64,000 bases of DNA from Glaucostegus cemiculus (lineage: Eukaryota), in assembly GCA_976551045.1 (NCBI GenBank), contig CDPCPM010000016.1, positions 15,810,001 through 15,874,000 on the forward strand, in the 5' to 3' direction. This document shows, one piece after another, positions 52,606 to 64,000 of the stretch; the first letter of the stretch is position 1, and each line of letters begins with the position of its first letter. Below the pieces are notes generated by a model. That model saw only the letters and a program-made list of their open reading frames with translations, was not told where the DNA came from and ran no database searches. Both the position numbers and the translations under genes were made by a program.

Positions 52606-54649
52606 TGAAGAATATACAGCAATGAAAGAGCAACAGATATGGGGCTATATTGGGTTTAGAAAGCATTTAAGATCATCCTTAAAATCCACCTTTTTTGATA
52701 GTTTTTAGTCAGTCAACGTTTTCTTCTTTGGCTAGGTATCCTATAACTTCTTGTCTGAAGAGGATAAATTACTGGATTAAAGAAACTATATAAATGATGG
52801 TATAGGGACTGCTGTGTAGAATTGGCAGCTTTCTCCATATTTAATATTTTATCATGTAGTTGCATTGAGAGTTTTCTGCTGGCAGCTTTTTGCAATGGAC
52901 TTTTCAACTGGGAGTTACCTTCTGTTGCTAGGAGGACAGTTCATGCTTCACTGATTTCTCCAGCTAGAAATGCATCAACAATTTGGCTGTCCCTGGGGAG
53001 AATCCTCCATTGTGCTGGAATGAGACAGCTCAAACTACTTTCATTTCTCCTGCAAATGTTGAAAATGCACTCAATTAAGTAGATGCTAGAGCCCTTTAAA
53101 TTTTGATCAGCCTTGTTCCTCTTCTATCTTCTTCCTCAGCTCACACATATGAATATTTTGATCACATTGTGAATATGAATAAACAAATGTAAAGGATACA
53201 CATGACACAGCTCCTGTTGAATTTTAACGATTTCTGTACTTCTGCTAAAAAGTAACTAATTGTAGGCACATTTTACTTTGTTTGAAAGTGTTATTTCTAT
53301 GTAAGTGTGATAGGAACAAGAATAAACATTCCTGTATGAATGCAGTAATAGAAGAGAGAATGAGGGTTCCCTGTTGAGGAAGTAAATGAAGGAAATGACA
53401 TATGAGAAAATGGAGGGGATGAGGGTGATGTGTGGTAAGTTCTCTATTGAAAAATGGATAATAAAGAAGAGAGTTAAGAAATTTGAGTATCTAATATTCT
53501 CCTTTTAAAAAAAATAAGTTGATATTGTGATCAAGTGACAGGATTATATTTTTGCTCTCTAGCAATCCAAGGATGGGATAATAATATTCTATACCTAACT
53601 CAGCTTAAACATTTCAAAAACATTACAAGTTTGGATTCTGATTTCCACTGTCAAATTATTGAAGGCATTAAATCTAAATATAAAATTCAGTTTAAGGGCT
53701 TCATCCTGTTGTTTCAGCCTGACTTACGTCCTTTCCCAGCATTTGCAGAACCCACATTTGTTTGACTGGTGCACATAAAACTTCAACACAAACATTAGCT
53801 GAATAAACACTGGCACTTAATGACAATCAGTAAACAACGTGAATGACAACTCTCACTGCTGATCTCTGGTAGCACGATGCACATGAGGGCAAATATGCCT
53901 GGCTGATTTTTTTTAATGCAAACTGTGTAGAGACCTAGGAATTGGGTTAGAAATCTAAAGTTTCTGGAATTCTGCTGCCCCAAATGCAGCTGGGCAGAAT
54001 TCACATGTGCCCATGCAAAATCATAGACTTTCCCCTGATTGGCAGGAATATGGTCTTTTTTTAATGGTCTCAGATGACTTCTACGTTTTCAAGGGAACTT
54101 CAGTATCATGCATCTCAATTGGCCCCTCAGCAGATGTCCACACAAGGTTCTCTGTGCAAACTGATCCTTGGATCTACTTGAATTTCTGTAAAATACTTTT
54201 CTGACAACAATCACCTTTCCTGTCAAAGGATCATAATCTTTCAAAAAAAGGCCTCAGCAGAACTCACGGACAGTTGGTTGATAGAAGTTCCATTTACAGG
54301 AGTGGAATCGGTGAAATTCTTATAGTAACCATGGACTCCTACAAGCATATAACTTTGATGTTGGAAGGAAATATAAAAGTGATGTCCATCCCCAACTCCT
54401 AATAACTGGAAAATGAAATTCCTAAAATGCCATTTGATATTCCAGTAGAGTTGTTCCACTGCATTCTTTAATCCCTTTTCTAGAAAACTATGGATTTCTC
54501 ACTTAGATAACGGCCCATGTTTTCGGTCTAAATATCTTAGAATAAATTTAGAATAAGTGCTTGTAGTATTTGCTTCCATCACCTGAATCTGATTTTATGG
54601 ATGCAGAGAAAAACTAATTGTATCTAGAAATCATCAATCCTATTTTGTT

Positions 54650-54972
54650 GTTATGCTCCCCTCTCCCATCGGGCAGAAGATACAAAAGCCTGAAAGCATG
54701 TATTACCAGGCTCAAGGGCATCTTCTATCCCACTGTTATAACACTATTGAACGGTCCCCTAGTAGTTAAGATGGACTCTTGACCTCATAATCTACCTTGT
54801 TATGACCTTGCACCTTATTTGTCTACCTGCACTGCATTTTCTCCACATGGTTTTATCTTGTACTACTTCAACACACTGTTGTAATGAATTGATCTGTATG
54901 AATGGTATGCAAGACAAGTTTATCCTCTGTACCTCGATATATGTGACAAATAATAAACCAACTTACCAATTT
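54650..54972 (+). mobile_element. Rex1/Babar LINE family A 3' end
   Basis: LPSGRRYKSLKA..TRLKGIFYPTVI; 3' end GTGACAAATAATAAACCAACTTACCAAT; inverse of 1650-1990. Confidence 0.9.
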
Positions 54973-55907
54973 AGCCAGTAAAATGAAAGTGGTAGAACAA
55001 CTCTAAACAACACTCGATAAAGTGATAATTGATATTGAGCTGCATTTTAATAAATGATCCCAAATGAAAAATATAAAAGAAACATTAGTTGCATTTCATT
55101 CTTGTATGATTGTTTTCAGTTAGTATGCGACATCAGGGAAGCATCCAAAAAATGAAAATGTTTGAAAGCTTTAACTGTTTTAAATATTTAAAATTCAGTA
55201 GCTTTTGCTCAATGTATCTATTTTCTACACTGTTATATGATGTAAGTGTTGTGGTATGTGATGTGACACATTTCTTAGAATGTAAGTCTTTATGCGACCT
55301 CCTTTGTTCTATTAACCAATGTGTTTGCAAAGTAAGCAGTAATTCTACTGAACTCACTGGTCCATGGAGGCCCTTGTTCCAAAGTGTACAGTACAGATCA
55401 TCAGTCTATCTATAAATCGCCTTTTTATGATAGCCTGAATAATGGAATAGATTTGTTTGCTTTGCAGAACTAATCACCTTCCAGCCTTTTAAAATCAAGT
55501 TGCAAGAATGGTGGATTTCAAGCAAGCTACAATACTCATAAAAATACAGAAGGGAATAGAATGGTCAAATAGATGAAAAATGAATTATAATGCTGAAATA
55601 ATATTGCTGTTAGGAAATGATAATAAGTAGCTGAATGTAGTTAGGGTATTGTGTGTATTTCTCTAGCCACTACATTTGCAATCTCAGTCATCTCATTGGG
55701 CAATTTACCACAGAAAGGGGGAGAAATTTTTGAGGGAGATTCCTGATGAGCTTCTTGGCAGCATTGCTAAATTACTGATGTCATTCTAGCTGGAGGAATC
55801 AGGCAAGCAAGGATTGCCCTCTTTGGAACAAAAAGCTACTCCCAGCAGAAAAGACTGGTACAATAAGCTGCCAGCAGAACAGTAACAATTCAACATGGTT
55901 GATTACA

Positions 55908-56173
55908 TGAAAGGTAAAAAGTCTGATGCTGGAGGAACTCAGCAGGCTAGGCAGCATCCGTGGAGAAAAGCAGGTGGTCAACATTTTGGGTCAGGACCCT
56001 TCAGGACTGAAGATGGGAAAAGGGGAAGCCCAATATTTTCGGTCCTGAAGAACAGCCCTGACCCGAAATGTTGAGTGCCTGCTTTTCTCCATGGATCCTG
56101 CCTGGCCCGCTGAGTTCCTCCAGCATCATCGTGTTTTTCATCTAGATTCCAGCATCTGCAGTCCTTTGTTTCT
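55908..56173. mobile_element. 266-bp non-coding fold-back Penelope-derived element with 14-bp TSD
   Basis: CATGGTTGATTACA at 55894-55907 and 56174-56187; ~80-bp inverted arms at 55924-56002 and ~56047-56128; a hammerhead-like motif in each arm. Confidence 0.9.
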
Positions 56174-57639
56174 CATGGTTGATTACACACAGAACAGTGA
56201 GAGCCATGGTCTTAATTGGCCTATTTTGGACTAGACTATGATTTGTTGCATGTGGTTGCTGGAGCTAGGGAGTAAAAAGGATATTCATTAATATGGTTTT
56301 GCAATCTTTGGGAATTAAATATTGTTCATTTACACTTTTTGAAGTTTGCTTAATAAACACCGGGCAAAATGGTGTGACAAATTTCTACTGGTTCTATGAA
56401 CGTTAGGAGCATTTTCTGAGTTCAGGATTGAAAGGAATCTTGGTAGTGTCCCTCCACTCCCTAACTTGTCAATCGCATTTACTTAATTATCTTGTCATCT
56501 GTGAATGATACTTATTAGTTTAACTGCAGCTATTTTGAGCTCAATGAGAACCACCTGGGTATTCTTTCCTTTTCAGACTATGTCAGGAAACAGAAGCCCA
56601 ATTAAAACTGAATACTCTAGTTCATAAATATGGAAGATATTTAAGAGGATATAGCTGACCTTGAATATTTCTGTATCTTTCTTTGCCTCACTAGCTGCTT
56701 TTCTTGCTTTAGAAAAAGACATTTGTCATTGCTAAAAGATTGTGAGAATTGTTTACTTGAGGAAAAAAATTGGGAAAGCTACTGTGCAACAATTGAGTTA
56801 ATTTTTGATGGACTGGCTGTTAGCCCAACTATACAACCATTTGGTGCATAATTTTATCAGTTAATTGGTGTGTATTTATAACTTTCTTTAACTCTTGGGA
56901 GGGTTGGCAGACACAGGAAAAGTTCAGACTTCCTGAGTTGGTCATTGAAAGAAAAGAGACAATTTTAGCAAAATGCTTATAAAGCAAAACTGAATATTAC
57001 AGTAACAAAGTTTCTTAATTATCAGCAACTGAATTACTATAATAATAAAATAATTTACATAGGATTAAAAGAAATAAAATTAAGAATCCCTACTAAAATG
57101 CCCTTTTTAACCTCACTTTGTTCCCCCCACCTCTTGTAGTTTAATAAACCTTTACATTTTATTTCAATGCCACACAATCTTCTATTTTTAATTTTTTTCA
57201 TTGAAGTTCAATGATTTTAACTGGGCTGCAATCACTTAGTTGACAGATTATGCAACATTCCTGGTGTAAACCCAAGTGGAATATTGGTGCCTTTAGGCAC
57301 TGTTTCCACTGAAGTAATAATTAAAGGATTTATAGTCACAATGTTGTTGACAATGTCAGGCATCGACTTGTGAGGGAGTGGAATATTTCTGAAATCCAAG
57401 CTGTTAATCTTAAGGATAGAAGTCCACTTATTTGTCATTGATATCTATATTTTGCCAGGAGCAAATATTAATATTCATTATTGTTTAATGAGATGTTCAA
57501 TCTCCATAACAAACATCGAGATTCAAGGCATGATCTTTCTGATGGTTGGCTGATTTTCAGCCTGTCAAAACGTGGCAATGCTAGACTTCTTTATTAACAA
57601 GGCAAAAGGGAGTGTTAGAGTTAAGTTTAACAACAAAGC

Positions 57640-57770
57640 ACATAAAAGAACGCAGGAAAATAGAAGCAGGAATAGGCCTCTTTGTCCCTCGAGCTTGCCC
57701 CACCATTCAATATGATCGTGGCTGATCTATGCTGGCTTCAACTGCTCTTTGATACCTGTTCTCAATTCCC
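57640..57770 (-). mobile_element. CR1 3' terminal fragment
   Basis: ATAGAAGCAGGAATAGGCC..CCCTCGAGCTTGCCCCACCATTCAATATGATCGTGGCTGATCT; similar to 42406. Confidence 0.75.
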
Positions 57771-57989
57771 CAAAAGAGCAAAGAGTGATGGCAAAAGACT
57801 TTACTGAACCAGCTATTCACAACTGCTTCATGGCAAGTTCATGCCATTACCAATAACGGTGCTATTTAAAGGTAATAGTACATGGAACCAGATCTGTTAC
57901 TTTGCCCATGCTCATTCAGTTAATCATCAGTTAAAGCTTTCTGTGATTAATTCAGTAATTTTAGATAATGAGGAGTATCATCTCTCATC

Positions 57990-60545
57990 TATTAAAACAG
58001 AGAATACTGGAAGTATCAGCAGGTAAAGCAGCTTTTATAGATAGAGAAACAGTAAACTTTTCAGATCAATGACCCTATATAAGAATGATTAAGTTTCTGA
58101 GAACCTGATGATTTTTGCATTAGAACTGGTCAGTTCTGATACAAACGGGAAAGGTTGATTACCTGAAATATTTAATTTACTAGCCTGAAGGCTGTAACAT
58201 GCCGAGGCAGAAGATGAAATGTTAGATCTAAAGAACTGCAGACACTGGCAATCTGGAATAAAAACAGAAAATGCTGGAAAAACTCAGCAGGTCAGGCAGA
58301 TTCTGTGGAAAGAGAAACAGTTAATGTTTCCAGTCAAAGACTCTTCATTGGAACTAAGAAAGAGAGAAAACAAGTTTGTTTAAATAGCAGAGGAGGTAGG
58401 GAAGGGCAATGAGTGGAACAAAGGGAATGTCTGTAATAGAGTGAAATGACATAGTCATTAAATGGACAGTTAAAGTCTTTTGTCTGACTAATGTGTTGTT
58501 AATGTTGTAAAGTCGGGGTGATTTGTATGGTCTGGCTGACTGGGACATGCCCAGCAGACCAGAATAAACAAATGGAAGATAAAAAAGGAACAGAGGAAGT
58601 GCAAGTAAAAGTGGCCAGTCCTAATACAGACAGAAGGATAGTTATATGAAGTTGGAGAATTCAATACCGAGTCTCGCAGATTGCAATGTCCCCAGATAAA
58701 AAATGACGTTTTGTTCCTCATGAGAAGAGTAGCCAATGTTGTTCCTTTGTTTAAGAAGGGCAATATGGATAATCCAGGAAATTATAGGCTGGTGAGCCTT
58801 ATATCAGTGGTAGGGAAGCTATTGGAGAGAATTATTAAGGACAGGATTTACTCTCATTTGGATGAGTATGACCTGGTTAGGGACAGTCAGCATGGCTTTG
58901 TGCAGGGTAGGTCACATATAACAAACTTGATTGAGCTTTTTGAGGAGATAATAAAGATGATTGAGGGTAGGGCAGTGGATGTTGTCAACATGGACTCTAA
59001 TAAGGCACTTGACAAGGTGTCTCATGGTAGGCTGATCCAGAAGAAAAAGTTGCATGGGATCCATGGTGACTTGGTAGTTTGGATTCAAAATTGACTTGAC
59101 CACAGAAAATAGAGGGTAGTGGTGGAAAGGTGTTATTTCTGACTGGAGGTCTGTGAGCAGTGGTGTTCCACAGGGATCAGTACTGGGACCTCTGTTGTTT
59201 GTGATATGGGCAGATTAGTATGTCTTCAAACAACACAAACATTGGTGGAATTGTGGATAATGAAGGTGGTCGTCAAATGATACAGTAGTACATAGATAGT
59301 TACAGATATGGGCAGAGAAATGGCAGATGGAGTTTAATCCAGGCAACTGTGAGGTGCTGCTCTTTGAGAGGGGAAAGCACACAGTAAATGTCCCAAGGAC
59401 ACTTGGGACCACTGATGTAGAGGGATCTGGGGGTGCAAGTCCATAGCTCATGAAAGTGTCAACACATATAGGTATATTGCATGCTTGCCTTCATCGGTCA
59501 GGGCATTGAGAACAAGAATCAGGAAGTCGTGTTGTAGCCATATAAAACTTTGGTTAGGCTACATTTGGAGTATTTTGTGCAGTTCTGGTGGCCCCATTTG
59601 CAGGAAGGGTGTGGAGGCTTTGGAGAGGGTGTAGAAAAGGTTCACCAGGATGCTGCCTGGATTATAGAGTATTAGCTATAAGGAGAGGTTGAACAAACTA
59701 GGATTGTCTTTTCTGGAACAACAGAAGCTGAGGGTCACCTCTGATGTAGGTTTATAAAATTATGAGAGGCATAGACAGGGCAGATAGTCTTTTTCCCAGG
59801 GTGGAAATGTCAAATACTAGATGGCATAGCTTTAAGACGAGAAGGGAAAAGTTTAATGGAGATGTGTGGGCTAAGATTTTTTTCCCACACGTGGAATGTG
59901 CGGCCAGAGGTGATGGTGGAACATGCAGAGAATGGAGGGATGTGGACCATTTGCAGGCAGAAAGTTTTAGTTTTATTTGACATCATGGTCGACACAGACT
60001 TTGTGGGCTGAAGGATCTGGTGCTCTGTTGTACTGTTCTATGTTCCTTCAGCTTATGTTGGGCCTCATTGTATCAGTACAGGAGGCCACAGACAGAAAGG
60101 TAAGAGTGTGATAGTGAATTAAAATGGAAGGCAACTGGAAGCTGAGGGTCAAGATTGAGCTCCTGTGAAATGAGTCCGAAGTGATCACACATTCTGCGTT
60201 TAGTGTCTCCGGTGCAGATGCGATCACATTGCGAACACAGAATGTAGTACACTGGGTTGGAGAAAGTACAAGTGAATCACTCTCTTACCTGGAACGAATG
60301 CCCGAGTCTAAGAATAGTGAGAAGGGAAGAAGTGAAAGGATGGATATTGCACCTCCTGTGGTAGCATTGGAAAGTGCCATATGACAGGGAATAGTAGGTG
60401 GAGACAGAAGAGCAGACCAAGGAGATGTGAAAAAGCAATCCCTTAGAAATGCTGAAAGATGTGATGCTGTTCCTCAAGCTTACAGTACGTTGGGCTTCAT
60501 TAGAACACTATAAAAGGCCAATGATAGCAAGGTCAGAGTGGAGAA
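57990..60545 (-). mobile_element. Penelope-like element cluster (termini and GIY-YIG remnants) split by a CR1
   Basis: Termini at 57990-58090 and 58222-58360. GIY-YIG remnant on the minus strand at 60170-60300 (FQVRE*FTCTFSNPVYYILCSQCDRICTGDTKRRMCDHFG). Confidence 0.8.
58719..60047 (+). mobile_element. CR1 LINE, degraded
   Basis: ORF 58681-59094 RVANVVPLFKKG..NYRLVSL..QHGFVQGRS; TGTTCCT duplicated at 58712-58718 and 60041-60047. Confidence 0.95.
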
Positions 60546-63284
60546 CTAATTTCTGTGTTTGCCTTTGATCCTCTATAAAGTTGTTGCATTGAAGAATGGC
60601 TTCAGCTGTACTAGTGAACACGGAAACAACACAAATAAGACACAACCCAAATATTATTACAAATGTTAATGCCATTCTTCTCAGGGCATCAAAGACTGCA
60701 TGAGTTACCCAGAGAAAAGCTATACAATAATTAACTTTGCATGAGAATGTTGGTACAGATTATCAAGCTTTCTTTAAGCAGAAGTTATAAATGTGAGTTG
60801 TCTTCTTATTGATAAAAGAACTGGGGTGTCTTTTGTTGGTTAATGCAGCAAGGATCTTAGGAACTACAAACAATGTAGACCACACTGAATTCTTTTCCAT
60901 AAACCAGTCTTGTTTTAAAACTTCAGGCTGTTTCAATTAAGATTGATCCACAAATATGTGACAGAAGAAAAGTGTGTAAGAATTTTTTTTTTAACAGATT
61001 ACTGCATATTGAGTATGGAGCCTTCCTAGAAATTTGAGTATTGCAATAACAAATCATAGATCAGTTTTGTTTTATTCTGGAAGTCAGTTTGTCACAACTG
61101 CCTATGTCTGCCAAGGAAAAAAGTGTAGTGTGTCTTTGAATGAAGCAAATGAAGCATATAGGTATGCCATTTCACGTAGAATTGAGTATTTGTTTGAGGT
61201 ATGAATGAACTGAGTGTTTTCAATGTATGACCTGAAACATTTTTGCCATAAACCGGCTGGGGTTGAGGGTAACATTTGCCTCGGGGATGCTATTGATATC
61301 AATGCATTGGCTTCAGTCTGGAAGAGGGACCATGGCTTTATCAAAACCTATAAATAAAAGATAAAATCATAATTTTTTAAAATATTGTGCCAAGTTGAGA
61401 AAAGAATTTGGTAATTCTATGTACCTCCTGGGCTCAGAAACAAGCCATAACATTTCATTGTTCACGGTCATGTGTTATGAATCTTTTCTTTTCCCTCCCC
61501 ACACCCTAAACTAATATATTCTGTGAGTAGTTCTGTCTTGATTTCAGTCAGCACTTTTTGACTATGCAGTTATTTAAAAAAAGAATCATGTCAGTGATCC
61601 AAATTTGGATTCCAGTATTGATAATTTCCTGTTTCTGGCCTTGAACTGTCTTGTTTCTCTCACACACTTCTATTTGATTTCAGATGAGGGTGAACAGCCA
61701 GCACTTATTGCTCACTGGGTATCACATTCCAACTTTTAGCTGCCCTGTAGGATGCAGAATTACTAGAGAAGGGGAGGGAAAAGTAAAATAAACACTAATT
61801 GTAACATCTGACTAGCACAAACTCTGTCAGCGATAGATCTACCTTTGTCAAATAAGAGATTGCTAGTTCGTGTTCTAATCCTGCCAGTACCCACAGATGT
61901 CTAAAGGTGAAGGAAATGGAACCACCTTCCTCCTCTGACTCAACCGCTTTCTATTAAACACTAACTGGAGACTCGTCTGCATACTGCTGAAGTCATTCTG
62001 AAGGTGGGCTGCTCCTCGTGGTTGCATAGACTGCCTGTTTTTTTTAAAACACAGATGCTCTTGTGCTTAAGTAGGAAAGCAGATGTTGTTAGTTTCCTGT
62101 ATACTTGCAACAAGCCATTGCTTTGTGTGTTATTCTGACACTGCTGTCAATAAGCAGTAATGTGAGAAAACAGGATTTACCACTGAATTTTTGGTTTGGA
62201 ATCCAGACTGCTTGATTGAGAAAACAATCTGTGTAACTCTGACAGCTTGTCTGAGAAACTCAGAAGAAAGTAGTTCAGTCTACTTCACTTCATCCCGCCT
62301 GTGAGGAGGTATGTTGTTTTAATTCCTCAGATTTTTTGGCAACTGATGATAATGATCAGAGGAGGTTTGAAGAATTATATTCATACTGTTACTATCAGTT
62401 TTTTAAAAATTGTGTTTATCTTGAGCTCCAATTGCCTGACTTTACCTCAATTTGACTTTTCAGAGGGAGTTACAGATTTGGGGTGCCTGGAATATGGCTT
62501 GTTGCTTTCCTAAAATTTTTGCCTTTGCTAAGCACCACTGTTAATTTTATTTTATTCATTCTTCTGTAAAAAGGAATACTTTTTGAAGTATATCAATATA
62601 ACTAAATGCAGTATGTTGCTTAGGTCATTTAGCATTCTGGAATATTTTCCAATATTTTCTTTCTAATTTTGAGTAGTCGTAGGAACTGGAAAAGTGCAAT
62701 GATAAATCAATTGTTCCATGTGGATTCCTTTTTACAGGGAAGTTGATTGCTCACAGAAATGTTTTCCTTTAATCTGCTGCCAAGTAGGATCTCTGCCTAA
62801 TTTCAATGCTTCATTCAAACCGTTAGACAACGGATAAAGAGGCTTTGAAACAAAAAAGGAAAATGCATAGTAAAAATGTTAGTAATGGTTCATATCTACA
62901 ACAAATTCAAAATTACAGAAATGAATCCAGAAGGAAAAACCAGTTAAGATCCACAAGAAAAAGTCACGTCATTCATCCAGTCACAACTATGGCCTGGGGT
63001 TGCTGGAGTTCTATAAAATTGTACTGCGAAATTAAGCTAAGGGTGAGGCTACAAAATCTCTACTATTAAGGAACTTAATAGTTTGAATGCAAAAATTGCT
63101 CACAAAAAGATGTTAGGAGTGGAATTAAGTCAACAAAATGTGTTGAAGTAACACCAGGTCAGAGTTATGGAACTGTTCAGAGAGGATACCTCCCTAAGTG
63201 GTGGTGGGGCTGGGTGGGGGAGAAATCTGAGAAAGCAGCCTTGCCACTTCTGTAAATGTCTACTGGCTGCTCTAAAAGCAGTTT

Positions 63285-63720
63285 CATTCACACCTTGTGA
63301 GTGGTGCCATCAAGACCATCATTTATTGCCCACCTAAAGCTGCCCTTGAGAAGGTGGTGGTGAGCTGCTGCCTTCAACAGTCCATCTAGTGAGGATAGAA
63401 CAATGCAAACTATCCAGGATTGTGACCCAACACCAATGAAGGACTGGCAGATTGGTGTGTGACTGGAATGGGAACGTGCAGGTGGTGTTTCTAAAGGGTC
63501 TGCTGCTTTATTCCTTTGAGGTGTGGAAGTCATGGGTCTGGAAGGTACTATTGAAGATACCTTAGTAATTGCAGTGAACTTTGTAAATGACACACACACT
63601 GAAATTACAATTCACCAGCAATAGAAGTGAATATTTAAGCTGGAGGATGGGATGCCAATCATGTATTCTGCTGTGTCGCGGATGGCATTCATTGTTAATT
63701 ATTACTGGAGCCACAATGGG
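63285..63720 (-). mobile_element. Old CR1-clade LINE 3' end
   Basis: CATTTATTGCCCACCTAAAGCTGCCCTTGAGAAGGTGGTGGTGAGC is the inverse of the terminus at 51980-52020. Confidence 0.75.
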
Positions 63721-63734
63721 CAGGATGAAAAGAA

Positions 63735-64000
63735 AACAGTTGCATTTATGTAGTGCCTTTGATAAAATGCTTTACTGCTATTGAAGTGTCTTTTCTCTAG
63801 TGTCATTATTATTGTAATGGAGGAAACACTTAAAGCTATTTTTCACACGCAGTCATGACAAATAGCATTGCAAAACTGATGAGAAAATTAGTTTGTTTAA
63901 AAAACAATAAATGGGCAATAAATATTGATCAGGAGATCAAAGATAACTCCCCTACACTTTTAAATACATCATGCACCATTTAAAAGGCAGTTCCAGCGAC
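63735..64000 (-). mobile_element. DeuSINE/SacSINE-like SINE 3' half (runs off the window)
   Basis: TTGCATTTATGTAGTGCCTTT tail and ATAAATATTGATCAGGAG..ATAACTCCCCTAC Deu-domain-like segment. Confidence 0.55.

Noticed and set aside
55110-55415. 101-aa plus-strand ORF with possible AG/GT sites
   Set aside because: AT-rich peptide with no resemblance to EVA1C downstream exons.
57232-57438. Protein-like minus ORF (DIVNNIVTINPLIITSVETVPKG)
   Set aside because: No strong donor site or recognised family; insufficient support.

Overview
Eukaryotic (vertebrate) genomic DNA. The repeat content (HE1/V-SINEs, abundant CR1/HER1-type LINEs, Penelope ends, Rex1/Babar) points to a cartilaginous fish, probably a ray (inference). 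The window looks almost entirely intronic. One clear + strand coding exon (4340-4483) encodes the C-terminal half of a SUEL/rhamnose-binding lectin domain of an EVA1C-family gene, and no further family exon was recognised in the remaining ~59 kb apart from a candidate 24-nt microexon at 22231-22254. Much of the rest is layered retroelements: CR1 (including one young copy with an unbroken 666-codon RT frame), Rex1/Babar, RTE, Penelope-like elements, SINEs and a solo LTR. The most interesting signal is a dispersed set of minimal hammerhead-ribozyme-like motifs, with covarying stem I, in Penelope-derived ends. These include a 266-bp non-coding fold-back element flanked by a perfect 14-bp target-site duplication. 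There are no prokaryotic features. All calls were made by eye; repeat boundaries are approximate unless a TSD or splice site is quoted.
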